The notes under the pieces are model-generated. The model was given only the letters and a program-made list of their open reading frames with translations. It was not told the DNA's origin and made no database searches. Both the position numbers and the translations under genes were made by a program. DNA of 64,000 nt from the human T2T-CHM13v2.0 reference genome, Homo sapiens, in assembly GCF_009914755.1 (NCBI RefSeq), contig NC_060937.1; one strand, given 5' to 3'. Each line of letters starts with the position of its first letter. The stretch's first letter is position 1. Below, piece after piece: positions 1 through 15,450 of the stretch.

Positions 1-379
1 CACTTAGGAAGTGACTGCCAGCATTTAAGCCCTGGGTTTTAGATTCCAAATTTGATACTTTTGTCTCCACATAACACAGATGTAAAATAGTTTTTAAAGA
101 AGCTTAGAGAGTTTACAGACTTGTTGATTTTTAGTTAAGTGGTTAATATTACTAGGTAATTGATTCAGCAGCTGGGATAAGATAAATAATTAAATGAATG
201 TTTATATAAGCAAAGAGCCAAACCAGCAATTGAATCAATAAAGCCTACTATGCTTTCATTTTTCTCTGGCTCTCCTTTCCAACTTCCCTTGAATAAAGGT
301 ATCCCTTAAAATTCAGTACATGTTCTTTTTGGTCTATGGAGATCTCATTCTTTTTGATGACTTCATAACCTTAATTTTG

Positions 380-700
380 CATTTCTATGACTGACCTTCA
401 GTTTGAATTCCAGTCCTGTCTCCTAATGTCTACTGAATATTCTCACTTTGAGTTTTTTTCGTTATGTCCTCAAAGTCAGTATTACTCTATGTCCCCAACT
501 GGCTCCTTGTCCTAAATTTTCCTTCCCAGACACTAAGCGTTAGCCATATTTAATTACTTAGCCAAATAATTGTTATATCCTATTCATTCTTCCTTAAATT
601 ATGTCTATATATTGCACTTACATCAAATTTACTATTTTCACTGCCAATATCATATTTCAAATCCATGTGCATTCACACCTCGATTGCTACAATAGCTGCT
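380..700 (+). mobile_element. L2 (LINE-2) fragment, left part; resumes at ~2430 after the L1 insertion
   Basis: Degenerate pyrimidine-rich L2-like text (cacctcgattgctacaatagctgctt ~ L2 'cacctggactactgcaatagcctcct'), continued at 2431-2800 (gattgatctc...gccaaattgatattccttaaa). Confidence 0.5.
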
Positions 701-2430
<1,730 letters not shown>

Positions 2431-4688
2431 GCAGCTTCTTGATTGATCTCTTTGTTTCCTGATTCCTCTAACTTATCCTGTACATTAGTGCCAAATTGAT
2501 ATTCCTTAAAGTTCTTTCAACAAGTCACTGCTCACAGTTCAAAGTTTGAACATCATAGCTTAGAAGTAGCTATCTACAATGTGGTCCCAATAGACCTTCT
2601 GATCTTAACTTCTATTATTCTTTAATATCCTCTAGTTCAGAGAAGTCTTTTAAATATGCCCTACTCATTTTTGCTGCCAGAAAATTTTCTACATTCTGAT
2701 CATTTTGGGGAATATAGTTTCTTCTTCTCTCAATTTATTCAGATCCCACAAGGCTCCACTTATGACCCACCTTCATGAAGCCATTTCTGATTGGGTTGCC
2801 ACATTGCTCAATTCCAGGAGAAACCATTAACATATTTGTGCTCCAGGGAGCAAATTTCTTGTTTACTTTCTAATATTACCCTTTCTTCCCTTTAGACTTT
2901 AGTCTTATGTAAAGTTTAATTGATGTCATTCTGAAGATTATTTAACCTTTTCAATGTTTGAATGGTAACATATAATGAATATAATCTTCCCATTTCCCAG
3001 CTATTTTCCCATTCTTATCTAATCTTTCTCTTGTCCCACTTGTCAATTTTACTCATGGCTTTCCAGGGTCAGCATGTGTTTATTAAACACCTGCTGTGTG
3101 TCTTGAACTGTTTAAGACAATAGACATACACTGTTGAATGAATTAGACTTGATCTTTGCTTTGGTGCAGCACTCATATCACTGCATACGCAATCTATGGG
3201 ATCAAGTGTGGCAAGGGGGAAGTATCAGATGCTAAGGTGGCTTTAACAATAGGCTAGTGAGGTCATGAAAGGGGCCCCAGACATCTATTTCATGCATAGT
3301 TCTCAGGATCACTTCTAGCTTTATTTATACTGTTCCACATGAAGAGGAAACAACCAACCCCAGATCTGCTAAAATGTGTTCAGGGTCTCACATTGTCTCC
3401 TAGGTACTCTATTTGAGTAGAATGAGAAGTGCAGTCATTACATCTGCCACAAAAAAGCACATGTCTTCCAAATGTACATATAATGCATACATGGATGTGA
3501 CATTGGTATATCTTTAGTTTTAATATTTTAAAAATTATATATAGATATGTAAATTATTCAAAGGCAGGGAGCATCCCTTCTGCTTTGTAAAGAATATTTG
3601 CGGTGAGGGTTAGCAACCCCAGCTGATCATGACAGACTCTATTTAAATATCCACAGTTTCAAAGCCTAGCTTCTCCCAAAGATTAAAAAAAAAAAAACCC
3701 AAACCAAAACAAAGCAAAAGCTATTAGAAAACAATATTATTTTCTATATTAATAAATAAAGAAAAACAATATTAAAGTAGATAATATAAAGTAAAACAAT
3801 ATTATCTAAGAGCTGGGCAACTTGATGTATGTAGGGTTTGCAGCTGTGTCATTTTAAGCCATTCTTGATATTACTAACTGGGTACTACAAGTTAAACTTT
3901 AAGTTTAAACTAAACTACATTATCTGTCTATCACCTATCTATCTATTTATCTATTATCTATTATCAATATCTATCTTTAAAGTAGGATACCTTATATATT
4001 GTAACCGTATTCTATTATCAAAGTAGCTGGCTCTATAGTATTATATGTGTTCAGAGGGTTTTTTTCCTCCTTTCATAAATCATTTTTGAGTCTTTTCTAC
4101 GGGATAGAGAGAATCAAGTGTAAGGTGTATTGAAGATTAAGTTAATTTATAGTGCTTCTCTTTGCTATCAGTGTATTCTCAATGTTTTAATAACAATGCA
4201 TGGACCCCACTCCCTATGTTTTAGGACATAGAGTGATCACTGCATTTTGCCCAAGTTTCATTGTCACCTGCCAGGAACTGAACTGGACATAAGATTCATC
4301 CATGTTCCTGAAGACCCTTCTCTGCCATCTGGCATGCACCCTGAGTCAGTGTCCAGGAGCTTGGCTGATAGAACCAGCCACTGGATGTCACCCTTTCTCT
4401 ATAACCAACAAACAGCGCTGGCTGCTCACAACCACCACCAAAGTGCCCACTGCTGGTCTGATGTGTTGGCAGTAAGACACCAGCTCACAGATTAGACCAC
4501 ACCTTCAACCTCACCTCCCAGAATTCTAAGAGAACTCATCTTCACTAAGTCTGTCTGTCATCATGAACTACCTATTATGTTTTGTTTTCTCCCATTTCTC
4601 TGAGAACAGGAATTTTTACATAGGGAAAGACTTAATTATTTGCTTAGAGATTTCTGATGATTCTTGATGATGAAGAGAAAATACTTTT

Positions 4689-5104
4689 TGTATTAGTTTT
4701 CTAGGGCTGCCATAACAAAATACCATGGATGGAGGGGTGGAGGACGGGGAGTTAAACAACAGAAATGTATTTCCTCACAGTCTAAAAAAGTCTAAGGTCT
4801 AAGAAAGTCTAAGGTCTACGGAAGTCTAAGTGTTGGCAAGGTTGTTCCCTCCTAAGCCTTCTCCTCTTCTTCTTGGCCATCCTCCCCTGTATCCTCACAG
4901 GTCTTCCCTCTGTACATGTCTGTGTCCTAATTTCCTCTTTGTGTAAGGACACCAATCAAATTGGATTAGGGCCCACCCTAATTACATCATTTTGATTTCA
5001 TTACCTCCTTAAAAGCCTTATCTTCAAAGGCAATCATATTGGGGGTTAGGACTCCAACATACCCTCAAAAATTTGGGGGAAGGAGGCAGAATTCAACCCA
5101 TAAA
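4689..5104 (-). mobile_element. MaLR solo LTR (MLT1B-like)
   Basis: tgtattagttttctagggctgccataacaaaatacca start; ttggattagggcccacccta; attcaacccata end. Confidence 0.8.
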
Positions 5105-6199
5105 GCTTTTCTTTTTCCAGTTCATCTGATTCTTGTGTATTCTCTTATTGTTGCTGACAATTAAGCCACATAGCATTTATATAGGCTGGTGGAAGTTGGA
5201 TGGTGTTGTGCCTTTTAAGAAACTTGAAAAGAACCAACTGTCTCCACACTGGATTTTCTGAACACACAAGCCAGGGAGGTCAACACTGATGACTCACATC
5301 ATGTCGCTATTTAATCCTGTCCCACCTTCTAACATACAATCTGTCTTGTCTTCCCAATTCCACTTTGCTATGTATTATCTAAAATGCAGAATCCAAGGCT
5401 AATTCTGCTCTTTATTTCCAGGTGCTCATTCAAAATATATAATAAGCAATGTGAAAAAAACACTAGGCTATAATTCAGAAAATGTGACATCATCCATGTC
5501 ACAATAATGTATCCTTCAACACACTGTCCAAGAGTATATCATAAAGCTAAGCCAATAATACTTTCCCTGATTTCAAATAGTGTTGTAATAAAGTTAAGCT
5601 CTAATGAATGTGTTTTGAAAGCTGTAAAGTACCATCTAGCATATTGAATAGCTGTCACTGTCCATTTTTATGATTATTGTCATATGAATGAATGGATGAA
5701 CCGCTGTTTTATCCTTTAAAACCAGCTAGTTTCCATTCCTATGGATCGCATAACTCTCTCCACTTACCTTTATTAGAGTGTTCCTTATACTGTATTTTAA
5801 ATCTAACTTTACTGATCTGTTTTTCCACTGAGTTACAAACCCCTGGAAAAAAAGGATTGTGTCTGCAAGCAGCTCAGTTTCCTCAACGCATAACCCTACA
5901 TGGTTCTCAGGAGAAACTCCCTGTGCTTTCTGATGACTGACTGCCTCTCCTCAGAGCATGTCAGCTGCATTTCTTTCTGGGTAGCAAGCATCCTGTCTTC
6001 TTTTCTGTCCTCCTACCCGGTGCCTCCAAGCCCCCACCCGTCCATAGTGGTATGTAAGCATCTTTCCAGTCTCTTCTGCTGTTACCCCAGCAATGTGTGG
6101 GACTGTGCTTGGGTTTGGTGTTTCTTTTCACCTTGTTACTCATCTCTGTCCACTGAAAAGCTTAAACCACACAGAAATGCCAGGCTGTTTTCAATTACC

Positions 6200-6504
<305 letters not shown>

Positions 6505-7202
6505 CCTGCCCCCTCCTCCACTTTTTTTTTCCTGAAATCATAGGGCAGTTCTGCTAGCATGGTATAGAGTGCAGGTAGTCCAGGGCAGGGTGACCCAGTG
6601 ATATGGGATAACCACCCAGCTACTTTGAGATTGTTGAAATGTCTGCTTTCTGATTTCCCTGTCCAGGCTGTCTCTGTCAGATTAGAGCAATTAAATGATA
6701 ATGAGGACTGTACATAGGAAAATTAATTCTGGGGACTGTAATTAGCATCCTCCCTATGGGAAACTTATACATGTGTGTAAGCACTGAGGAAAACCCTGAA
6801 ATATCTGCTAGTATAATAAAAAGAGGCAGTTTTGAGATAGAATGCTGGATTAATTTATTATGAACCGGAAGCATGTTGTTGTAAGAGAGACAAATTCGAT
6901 TCCTTTAATGTGACTTGGACATTACATGCTTGCCTTCCTTGCTTACTTTGAATGTGATCAAGTTCAAAACTAGATACAAGGGGGAGGAGAGACAGGCATT
7001 TAACTGGATTTCTCAAAGTGTATTTTCTATGCAATTCTCTAGTTTGTGTTTGTGATATTAACCAGAAGAATTTTCTTTTCAGTTCTGGAAGCATCAACAG
7101 CCCTACTTGTTAGGATTTTGGATATTTCTTTGCCCTTTTTTCCCAGGATTCTTCCTGATTTAAGAGAAATCCTAATTCTTTAATGTTATTTGTGCCTTTT
7201 TT

Positions 7203-7205
<3 letters not shown>

Positions 7206-7289
<84 letters not shown>

Positions 7290-7300
7290 CAGAGATAGAT
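7206..7300. repeat. Compound microsatellite (TA)19(GA)20 with degenerate GACA/GATA tail
   Basis: Directly visible. Confidence 0.98.
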
Positions 7301-8721
7301 AAATAGTCTATACTCTGTACATTTATTATAAGATTATCTTCTTTCCTTCAACAGAACGACCCATGATTTGGTTTTCCAAATCTTTCTTCAGGGATTTATT
7401 AGCCAGGGTGACTCACAGATGTCTCTGATTTTAGAGCTTCTATTTCTCTTTCACTGTGGTGTACTTGAACATGTGTAAGAACTTTTCCATTCAAATTTTT
7501 CAGTATCTAGAATTAATGTCTGGAATGGAGCTCTCTTTCTTAAGACATCATTTTCCCTATTTCCATGCTTCCCACCACTTATATTCTCTTTTGTGTCTCC
7601 AGGCTTGTGATTCTGGAACCATTAGGGGTTCTTTCTTTCTCAACAGGTCAGCAAGTACCTAATATTATCAACTTTTCAGAGATTCATAGGTGCCTTCATG
7701 CCCCAGTTTCTGATCTCCAGGTTAGTCCTGTGAGATTTGGTCTTCATTTCCCAGCCCAAAACATAATTTGTGACTCACCTGGAAAATCATGCCCCTTACG
7801 CTCTGCTAAATTAGATCCTCTTTTTGAAACATATTTCACAGATTCTCTGACCATCATAAAGTTGATTCATGTAAGTTTCTAAATTCTTCTCTAATCATTT
7901 GGATCACTTCAAAATGTAAAGCGTAAGCTGTCATGCACCTGAGGTTCATGTGTTCTCCAACTTTAAAAGGTTCCAGTAAAATTCAAAGGATCTCAGGACT
8001 ACCCGAGGTAAACTGGGGTGAGAAGACGAATTTTAAAACAAATATATGAAACTTTTTATAGATAGTATTAGTTTTCTAAGATAAAAAAGTATATTAAATT
8101 AAAAATTCCAATAACATTTATATATATTAATAAGGACTTTTTATTAAAAAGCTTCTATTATGCCTCAATTTTCAGAATCTCCTCTTAATATTTAAATGAC
8201 TTTACATTATTATTCATATTATTATTAATAATAATGCCCTTACATTATTCTTATTTTTTTCTTCATTGCAAATAATGTATACTGAAAGAGGCTTCTTCTC
8301 CTTGCTTTTGGTCTTCAACCAGATGTTCAATGCCTTTCTGATATTAAGACTTCAGATTCTACCTCTGGGTCCCATCTCTATCATCAAATCTTATAATCAT
8401 TTCAGTTTGTTCCCTAGGTGAGGTTCTAATTCTAGTATTTTGTTTTTTTTTTCATTTTCTATTAATTTCTCCCAAATCTCATTTTTACCAAGCTTTATTT
8501 TTTAAAATAGTAACTTCTTTTTACTCTCTTTTATCCACTCTACCTTTTTTAAAATTAGTAATCAAGGCATTCCATCTTTTATGTAATTATATCCAATAAG
8601 AGTAACTGCCGTAAACATTTAAGAACTAAGCTGTTCCTAATAATGTCTAGAGCATAGTCAACTACATTTGAGTGAAGAGAACTAGGATTGGGGTAGATTT
8701 ACTAGCTGGCTCTATTCATTT

Positions 8722-8846
8722 TCTTTTTTTTTTTTTAACTTTTGTTTAGATTCAGTGGGTACATGTGCAGGTTTGTTACATGGGTATATTGTGTGATGGG
8801 AAGGAGGGAAGGTGCAAAGGCAAAAAACTACCCATTGGGTACTATT
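8722..8846 (-). mobile_element. Very short L1 (L1PA16/L1PB-like) 3' end with inverted 5' segment
   Basis: poly-T + gtacatgtgcaggtttgttacatgggtatattgtgtgatg (antisense) fused to sense-orientation aaaaactacccattgggtactat; TSD ctattcattttctttt (8712-8727) / ctatttatttgctttt (8842-8857). Confidence 0.8.
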
Positions 8847-9409
8847 TATTTGCTTTTAACTATCTATGTGTGTCCCATCATTAAGTGTACATTGTTAAAA
8901 TAAATACACCACCTAGACGTTAAACACCAATTTCCATAAAGCTAGGTGCATTCTTCACACTTCAGCATGCCTCATTGTCCCTTTTTGGAAAATTTTTAAT
9001 GCCTTATACCTGAGTCCACCATAAAGGTATTGGTTAAATAGTTCTGGGCTTATGTTGGAGAATGAGTATTTTATGTAAGGATCCTGGTGATTTTGATGCA
9101 ACTTGATCTTGGATCACATTATGATAAATATAGATGAAGAAGTAGAAAAGAGTAATTAGCCGTAAATCTGCAGAACCTTGCAATTCATTATATTTGTTTT
9201 TATATGTACCAACTATAACGTGAATTTGGTATCGATATTTGTGCCAAAGATATAGGTGCTTGCATTTGAAAGTGCATGCTGTGTTTTCTTTTGTTCTATC
9301 AATAAGTCAGATGAAGTAAAGAATTTGCAAAATGTTGATGAAACATATTTGCTAACACGCAAGCATTAGCTCTTTTTGTAAGTGGCTGTAAAGGAACACT
9401 TGGTGGGCA

Positions 9410-9572
9410 AGGAAGTCCTGTGCTCTGTCTCTTCCCCTTTACAGCTGGGTGGCCTTGAATAAACACAAAACCTCTCAAATGTGTGTCCCTTCTGAGTATA
9501 CTCTGCGGATGGCACTTCCTACTTCAAAGGGTTGTTGTGAGGCTCAAATGAAAATGTACTGTAAGGTGCTGT
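9410..9572 (+). mobile_element. MIR
   Basis: MIR core-like gggttgttgtgaggctcaaatgaaaatgtactgtaaggtgct. Confidence 0.6.
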
Positions 9573-11024
9573 AACCGGCATGAAATATAGGCGGCATGAA
9601 TATTTTGGGGTGTGAAGCATTGTATGCTGGATTTTCTAGCCTTAATGAGCTGACAGTTTTATTCTCCCATTTCTACACTCACCACTCCTAACCTTTACAT
9701 TACATTTTTTTGTAAGTTCTGAAGTCTCACCTTATTTCCTCTGGAATTTCTCAAAATATAGTAGTCGACAAAGGACAGTCATTTGACAAATGTTTCAAGT
9801 GAAGGACTTTACAAGCATACCTACTCATTAGTAAAGGCTTCTTGCTAATATTACTTTCAACTCCTTTCTCCAATACTTCCTTACAAGCAAGGAGATTATT
9901 ATTAGGGAGAGAGTCAATCATGGCCTTCTGCAACTGCTAAGGCACAGCAGACTGGCAGATTTCTAAAAACCAAGATCACTCAAGATGACCTTTGACCTTC
10001 CTACCCCATTTCCACCCATTATTGTTAATTTTAACTCTTCTGACCAACTTTGAGTAAAATGTGCAAATGTTCACTGAAACCCACAGTGTAAAAATGTGTC
10101 TAAAAATTTGTGAGCATTAAGGAAATGAGATGACTGAGTCAAACCCATTCATTTGGAGAACCCACTTGAAAAGTAATGTTCCCTGGATATCAAATGACAA
10201 GCTGGATGTGTTTATATATTGGCATTAGAACCTGAAATTAACACAGTACTAACTTTCCCTAGAGAATGATGCAATGAAATGTACTACCCAATGAACATAA
10301 ATAGAAATTATTACTGAAGCCTTATTTGGCCTTTGTGACAAGTGAGAAAATATATGTAAATCTAAATGATTACAATAAAAAGACCTATAATTGTTAACAG
10401 GAAATAATATCCAAACAAGAGACTACCTTCTTAACAGTGTAGAGTTTAAGGAAAATGCAAGTAGAATAAGTGAAGAAAGAAAAACAAAATTGGCAAGAGT
10501 GGTATAAAGATTAACAACTACAGTGAACTGTAGCTATTTTCCTATTTTCAGATGAAATCCTTAGATTTGAGGAAAAGAGCCGTGGTCCACACCCAAACAC
10601 CACCATTGCTTTGGATTGCTGAAACAACAGGAAATAAAGCTAAGACATTTCTGGTACAAAATGACAGCTCTTCATTTTAGTGTCACTCAGGTTGACAACT
10701 GATGCACAGGATACATGTCACAACTCATCACTGCCTATCTTGAGGGTATGGGCCTTGCAAGCCTCCAGCAAAAATGAAAACTCTGAACAACACAGTGAAA
10801 TCTCATTTCACAAGATGAACTAGAATCAAGGCCATTTTCGTGGAGGAAAAAAATCATAGAAAAGGGTTATTGATTTATGCCCCAAATAGACTGCCATTGC
10901 AAGAGGGCTGTGAAAAATATAAATTGTTGTTAGTTGTAAATCCAACATCATAAAACAAATCTTGTGCACAAGTATTTTCTTTGCCCCTCATGCCATCATT
11001 TTTGTTGTTTTAACCAATTAACTC

Positions 11025-11152
11025 TACATTTAAAAATGAGGAGAATTCACATAAAGCTGTGATTTCTAGCTTCTCTTGAAAAATCAGAAGATTTAGCAAG
11101 GGGCCCTATAGTCCTTGATGGAACAATCAGTTGGAGCTGAGTAGAACCTGCC
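11025..11152. mobile_element. hAT-Charlie DNA transposon fossil (MER102-like), continuing at ~12012-12115 beyond the L1
   Basis: gatttctagcttctcttgaaaaatcagaagat...ggagctgagtag, and distal gattcactcattgac...gagtttgagatc, resemble the recalled MER102 consensus. Confidence 0.5.
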
Positions 11153-11160
11153 TATTTTCA

Positions 11161-12013
11161 TTTTTTAAAAAATTTGATTGGCTTTTTTTGTATACTGACA
11201 AATTATAGTTATATATATATATGAAGTACAAAGCAATGTTATGATTTCTGAATACAATGTGGAATTATTAAATCAAGCTAATTAACTTATCCATCACCTC
11301 AAATATTTGACATTTTCTTGCAACAAAAACATTTCAGATTTACTCTCTTAGTGATATGGAGATGTACATTACTCAGTTATTAGCTGTATTCACTACACTG
11401 TGCAACAGATCTATAAAAAATACTCAAAATTATTTATCCTATCTAACTGAGGCTTTGTATCCTTTGATTATCATTTCCCCATTCCTTCCACCCCCCAGCC
11501 TCCGGTAACCACCATCTACCCTCTGTTTTCATGAGTGCAATTGTTTTACATTCCACATATAAGTGAGAATAAAAGTGTTTTACATTCCACATATAAGTTA
11601 TAAGAAAAGGAAAACTTTTCTGTATGAGAATGTGTGGTATTTGTCTGTGTTTGGCTTATTTCACTTAGCATAATGTTCTCCAATTCCATTCATGTTATTG
11701 CAAATGACAGAACTTCTTCCCTTTGTAAGGCTGAATAGTATTTCATTGTGTATATGTATGTACCACATTGTCTTTATCTATTTATGTGTTGATGGACACT
11801 TCGACTGATTCCATAAGTTGGCTATTGCACATAGTGCCACAATCAACATGGGAGTGCAGACATCTCTTGGACATAATGATTTCGAATCTTTTAGGTAAAT
11901 ACCCAGAAAAGGGATTGCTGGATCATATGGCAATTCTATTTTTAGTTATTTGAGGAACCTCCATACAATTTTCCATAATGGCAGCACTAATTCACAGTCC
12001 CACCAGCAGTGCA
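11161..12013 (-). mobile_element. L1MA-family 3' end fragment
   Basis: aaatcaagctaattaacttatccatcacctca; ggcttatttcacttagcataatg; gggattgctggatcatatggcaattctatt. Confidence 0.9.
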
Positions 12014-13384
12014 CAGCCTCTTCTGTCCCTCAACCTGACCCATCACTTCCTACACCCAAACTGATTCACTCATTGACGCACCTGACCCCCTAAATATGTG
12101 AGTTTGAGATCATTTGCTAAACCATAAATAGGGCTGTTGTGTGATTTATTCCCTTCACATTTTATTTTGAAAATAATCAATTAGCTATATATATATTAGT
12201 GAGACTCTGATGTTTGTAGCTCTGTCATAGGTGATAAGGCTTCTTGCAGATACATGGAAATATATGGGAGATAGGTAAATACCTTCAGGGAGAATTGGAA
12301 TGCCACTGCATCACACACACACAAACTTCCAATGTCACATCAGCAATTCAAGCAGTTATGTCCTCATAAATGGGTGCAGTTGGCTTCTGACCATATTCAT
12401 TCTGTCATTCTTCTGACTCAATTTCTTTTTTTGCTTCATCTGTTTTTACTTTATTTCCTCTCCATCTTTGTCTCTCCTCCTTTTCTTGCTCACTGTCTCT
12501 CTCCCCCGGTTCTCTTTCCCGCCAGTAACTACTGAGGCTCTCTGTAAGCATCTGTGCTCTCTCTCAGTCTCTAGTCATTCCTAGCACTTTGCAGTCAGCT
12601 CTCTTTCTCTACGGTTATTAAATCTACCAAAGGAAAACATCTGATTTGGTCAGTAGTCAGGTGCTACTCAATATAGAATATTCCTGTTGGGTAGACTTTC
12701 TGGCCCTGATCAGAAGGGACTGAGATAAATACCACATGGGCAAACCAAGCAGGACCACTTATGTACAACACTGCCAGCGGTCCCTTTTTCTAGGGCCAAA
12801 TCGCAAGCATTTTGATAAACGAACTAATATCACAGACAGGGCTTCTCTGCTTTAGCAGCAGTTCACAGCTGGAAATTTTTTTCCTGTTTCTCATCTTTGA
12901 GTCCCTTGGGGATTTAGTGCTACCTAGCAGCAGAGAATTAAAAACAAAAACCACTACAACAACAAAAATGTGTCCCTGAAACCCATGCTATATTCAACTG
13001 AATATTCTAATGTCTTTGATTACAAAGCCATCTCTAGCAATTTAATACAATTACGAAATGGAAAAGTTGGCAAATGCAAAACAATAGCTCGTGTTCAAGG
13101 TATGTCTTTATTAGGGGAAGTTTATCGAAACAGATGTTTATGCTATTTCCTATAAACTAGATTCTAAAATATTTTATTCTATAAAGATGTATTGACTTTA
13201 TATGAAAAAATTATTGAAAAATCTACAAGATGGTGAAACTCTTTAGAACTATATTTCTATTACAAGTTTATTTTTAATTTCAAAAATGTACTGCATAAAT
13301 GCAGCAAAACCTTTATTGTCACATATTAAAACATGTACATTATTGTGTGCAAATTAAAATTTCATTACCTTAAACCAAAAAGTG

Positions 13385-13587
13385 AGTTGGCCAGATAGTA
13401 AATAATTTAGGCTCTAAGGCTGAAAAGCGCTTGTATTAATTACTCAACTCCACCACTATTTTGCCAAAGCAGTCACAGACAATACGCATTCACATGAATG
13501 AGTGTGGCTGCATTCCAATAAAGCTTTATTTATAGAAATAGGGGACAGGCCAGATTTAACCAGCAGTTACAGTTTGCCAAATGCTGC
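13385..13587. mobile_element. MER58A-like hAT-Charlie MITE
   Basis: ggccagatagtaaata...gtgtggctgcattccaataaagctttattta...agtttgccaa. Confidence 0.75.
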
Positions 13588-14775
13588 CCTAAGCTGTTGT
13601 TTGATTGTTAAGCTATAAGAAGAGAGAAAGTCCTTTTAGGACTGCATATAAGAAGTATATTTAAAAAGAAAAGAAAAGGGAAACTTTTCTATAGCATCTT
13701 CTCCATTGTTTAATTATTTCTTTTGTTTAACGTAACTAGTAACTTAGACCTTCTGGGATATGAGGAGGGGAAATTAAATCCCCTGAATCTGTGAGGTTTG
13801 CTGTCTCCTTAAAAATTCAGCTTTTCCATACCCCTGACTCATATCATAGAATAGTGGCAGTAAGGCAACACATACTTTCTTTTTATCTTGCCTTCATGTT
13901 CCTGAACCATCAGAAGTAGAAAATAAAAATAGCAATGGCAGCCTGGATAGCAGAGAAAAGCAGCACAAAGCAAAACGAGAAGCCAACACTAGAGGGGCAA
14001 ACCTGCCATGACAATTACTCAACCATAGTACAGGAATCACGTCTTAGGATGCGCACACAATCACGGTACATCAAGTGAGTCACAGATAAATTCATGTTGT
14101 AAATATTTAGTGGGTGATTACCATGTAGCCATGTTAATCCAAAAAGTTGGATTTTGCTACATGCAGAAATCATTAGACAGTATTCTATTAAGCATAGAAA
14201 TAGCTCTGTAATCTTGTGTGTTTTCTCTGAAAATACAGCTGAATTGAGGAAAAAATGCCAAATACGATAGAATTTAGCTTGTGTAAAGTGTGCTACATGT
14301 AGATATTAAATGTAATCTCAGATACTTACCAAAAAACACTTTATATATGTCCAAAGTATATGGCAGTAATGGCCAAAATTAACAGCAGTTCCTAGAAAAA
14401 TAACCTATAATATTTTTAGAAATCGTAAAATATAAAGTTCCACTGAGTGGTCATGTTTTTCTTCAGTAAATAGCTTAAAATTAATATTTTTAAGTTATAT
14501 GAACATGATTTAATATATACTAAACCCATTACTAAAATTCATTTCTTTAAATTCTCAATGATCACTCTAGCAAGAACCTGCAATAACGCCTTCGATAAAA
14601 CACCTTGCTGTAGCCTTCCAGATCTCTCCACTCTGATCCTGCCTCCCCTGACCCCTTATATCTTGGTGCTCACCTTCCATACTGTTCTGTGTCTACTTTG
14701 CTATAATGTTGAGCCTGAGCATGCACTGGGGGGTCCTTATGCCCCCATATTTTGTTTTTGTGGCCTCTTACCATC

Positions 14776-15162
14776 AGTTATGGGATAAATTATATTCCCC
14801 CCAAATTCATATATTGAAGTCCATACCCCTACCACTTCAGAGTACAACTGTATTTGAAGACAGGGTCTTAAAGGGGCAATTAAAGACAAATACGATCATG
14901 AAGATAGGCCCTAATCCAATAGTATTGGTATCCTTATAAAAAGAGGAGATTTGTACATAGGCATTCAGAGAGGAATGACTATGAAAAGACACAAGAGATG
15001 ACAGCCAGCTATGAGTGAAGGAGAGAGGCCTCAGAAGAAACAATCCTGCCGGCACCTTGATTTCAGAATTCCAGCCTCCAAAACTGTGAAAAAAATACAT
15101 TTCTGTGCTTTAAGCCCCCCGGTTGGTAGTACATTGTTACGGCAGCCCTAGCAGACAAAAAT
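14776..15162 (+). mobile_element. MaLR solo LTR (MLT1B-like) within L2-like sequence
   Basis: ccctaatccaat...ccttataaaaagagg...gagaggcctcagaagaaac...ccagcctccaaaactgtga...ggcagccctagca. Confidence 0.88.
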
Positions 15163-15289
15163 ATCCTGATTGCTGTCCCCTCCTGCAAGGTCATTCAAGC
15201 TATTGCTCTACTTTCTATGTCCAGATTAATCAGGGCCTCCTTGGCCAAGTATTTCCAAATCCTGACCTCCACGGGATAACTATCTTCTC

Positions 15290-15450
15290 TGTGGTGCAGG
15301 GCTTGGGGCTGGAATTACAAAAGCCAGACCCAGCACCCAACTCCACTGCCTATCAGCTTGGGAAATATTCTCGCAAGTCTTCTTTTTCTCATATTTAAAA
15401 TTAGAATTATAATACCCACCTTACAACATGAGACAGTGTGTGTGCAAACA
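15290..15450 (+). mobile_element. MIR
   Basis: ctccactgcctatcagcttgggaaa...ttttctcatatttaaaattagaattataatacccacc. Confidence 0.5.
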
